In this document: positions 62,724 to 64,000 of the stretch, one piece after another
Layout of the letters: every line of letters starts with the position of its first letter
Position numbering within the stretch: position 1 is the first letter of the stretch
DNA from: Candidatus Micrarchaeia archaeon
GTDB taxonomy: Archaea; Micrarchaeota; Micrarchaeia; Micrarchaeales; CABMGC01
Direction of reading: 5' to 3'
Assembly: GCA_049964835.1 (NCBI GenBank)
Contig: JBMFWW010000001.1
Coordinates: 67,589-131,588, forward strand
DNA: 64,000 bases
Made by a program: the position numbers and the translations under genes
Notes under the pieces: generated by a model
Told to the model about the DNA's origin: nothing
The model's database searches: none
The model's input: the letters and a program-made list of their open reading frames with translations, nothing else

Positions 62724-64000
62724 TTGGTTAAAAAATTTGCATATAATAATCTTAAATTTCTTTTTATTTTTGCTACATTATCTCTACTTGGAGTATCAAA
62801 CGCAACATCATTTGTTTTATTTCATAGTCTTTCAGCATCTATTAATATCAACACTCCTCTTATTTTTCAAGGTAAAAATGAGACAATAACTGCTTCAGTA
62901 ACGGGCGGCTATCCTCCATATAATTATGAGTGGTTATTAAATGGTCAACCAGTAGGGAGAGATTCTTCTTTATTTATGTTTCAAGGAAATCAGTCGACCA
63001 ATGGCTACGATAATATTACTCTTACTGTAGTAGATCAATATAATAATATAATAAAAATTTCAAATTACGTATATGTTCAAAATCCAAATTTCTTTAGTGC
63101 TTATCTTATGCCCAGTACTATCTCATCTGATTTTGGCCAAAATGTTTCTATAACATCTTATGTATCTAGTGGAACACTACCATATACATATCATTGGAAC
63201 TTCATACCAAATTCAGGAGTACAGACAACGCTACCATGCTCAACATCAAGCTGCAACTTTACTGCAACTCAAAATGGCGATGTACAATTAACAGTTATAG
63301 ATTCTTCAGGCAGAGTAACATCTGCAATATCAAAGGTTTCTGTTGTCGGATCTCCAATTTTTGTAACTGTAGCTCCATATACTATAACAGATCCAATAGA
63401 CTCTCAGCAGGTTTTATATGCATCTGCTACTGGCGGTTCTGGATCATTTAAGTATTTTTGGTATAACTATACTAGTGGCAGTCCTGTACTTATAAGCGGT
63501 TCAAATACCAACACATTAGTTTTGAATTTATTCACACCTGGACATTTTGAATATTATGTCATTGCTTACGACTCAAAAGCTAGTTCATCAAATCCTGCAA
63601 AGTCAAATCTTGTTTATCTTACTGTAGGGGATGTAAATGCAAGCAGTTCAAACAATAACAATTTATCTCCAGTATTTGAAAGAACATTAGCAAATCCGGT
63701 ATGCAGCTCATTGAATTTATCTCAAGGTACCTCAAATACAGTTTCCTTATATAATAATAACTTTAAGATATCGGAAACGTTATTGACCAATTACGGTGCA
63801 GATATAGATGTTGATGGCAATTCCTACTATACTGGAGTAAATAAGAGCATAAACCTTGGCGTTGTAAATAACTATTCATATTCTTTAGAGTTAAAAAGCA
63901 TATTTGGGGTCGTAAATCTTGAATCGACAGTTTTACTATGTGTTTCAGAAGTTAAAATAATACAAGAAAACACAGTACCAATTATAAACTCTTCATCTTT
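62724..64000 (+). CDS. large exported surface protein with repeated Ig/PKD-like modules (3' end beyond the window)
   Basis: Absent from the track because there is no stop before the window end. The frame is open from 62679 to 64000. Signal-like KKFAYNNLKFLFIFATLSLLGVSNA. Modules of about 88 aa are marked by GGYPPYNYEW, SGTLPYTYHW and GGSGSFKYFW. TTG start at 62724, or ATG 62716 if the A-run at 62730-62735 were one base longer. Confidence 0.7.
   Translation, partial: MVKKFAYNNLKFLFIFATLSLLGVSNATSFVLFHSLSASININTPLIFQGKNETITASVTGGYPPYNYEWLLNGQPVGRDSSLFMFQGNQSTNGYDNITLTVVDQYNNIIKISNYVYVQNPNFFSAYLMPSTISSDFGQNVSITSYVSSGTLPYTYHWNFIPNSGVQTTLPCSTSSCNFTATQNGDVQLTVIDSSGRVTSAISKVSVVGSPIFVTVAPYTITDPIDSQQVLYASATGGSGSFKYFWYNYTSGSPVLISGSNTNTLVLNLFTPGHFEYYVIAYDSKASSSNPAKSNLVYLTVGDVNASSSNNNNLSPVFERTLANPVCSSLNLSQGTSNTVSLYNNNFKISETLLTNYGADIDVDGNSYYTGVNKSINLGVVNNYSYSLELKSIFGVVNLESTVLLCVSEVKIIQENTVPIINSSS

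Noticed and set aside
62692-63451. Track ORFs 62692-62889 and 63194-63451
   Set aside because: Both are alternative-frame readings overlapping the long open frame of the surface protein, and their translations are hydrophobic or low-complexity nonsense. The first may only reflect the homopolymer ambiguity at the true start.
59738-64000. Integrated element at the tRNA-Glu/tRNA-Ala locus
   Set aside because: No integrase, no duplicated tRNA 3' segment and no phage or plasmid genes are visible within the window. It is kept only as a weak possibility under the findings.

Overview
AT-rich archaeal chromosomal segment. The archaeal assignment rests on FEN-1, PriL, RFC large subunit, Rpo7/Spt4, L10e, Nop5, aMBF1, Dph2, CDP-archaeol synthase, a tRNA intron at position 37/38 and a class III (type IV pilin) signal peptide.

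Most of the window is densely packed housekeeping DNA:
- Six aminoacyl-tRNA synthetase genes (gltX, alaS, glyS, aspS, pheS, pheT).
- A gatC-gatA-gatB-aspS operon with overlapping stop/start codons, preceded by an asparaginase.
- An 11-subunit nuo (complex I-like) locus with no nuoEFG in the locus and nuoM inverted.
- A menaquinone-type prenylation/methylation trio.
- Three tRNAs: Gly-GCC, Glu-CUC and an intron-containing Ala-CGC.

Accessory or unusual patches lie at 0.5-1.3 kb, 12.0-13.8 kb, 16.7-18.8 kb, 27.1-27.9 kb and 59.7-64 kb. Observations not visible in the ORF track:
1. Two textbook box C/D sRNA candidates in intergenic DNA (12068-12114 minus, 20751-20808 plus).
2. A two-copy repeat family with imperfect terminal inverted repeats. 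The 0.65 kb copy carries a decayed Gly-rich ORF. The 0.27 kb copy is internally deleted and bounded by a perfect 15-bp direct repeat.
3. Two decayed IS4/IS5-like transposase remnants. One abuts a truncated paralogue of a small pilin-like family that shares a C-terminal motif.
4. A PriL with no Fe-S cysteine ligands, followed 5 nt later by an unannotated 43-aa, 8-ligand zinc-finger ORF.
5. A bacterial-type AspRS fused into the gatCAB operon.
6. A Nop5 lacking the fibrillarin-binding N-terminal domain.
7. A perfect LrpB-type palindrome between an Lrp gene and a stand-alone RAM-domain gene.
8. Several conserved hairpin or helix elements of unknown function.

Caveat: at least five conserved genes lose their start codon or C-terminus through a single-base deficit at a homopolymer run. 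This pattern looks like an assembly artefact, so apparent pseudogenes here should not be over-interpreted. No CRISPR array, rRNA gene, integrase or recognisable defence operon was found. I cannot point to one demonstrably novel multi-gene system, and all function calls come from motif recognition by eye.
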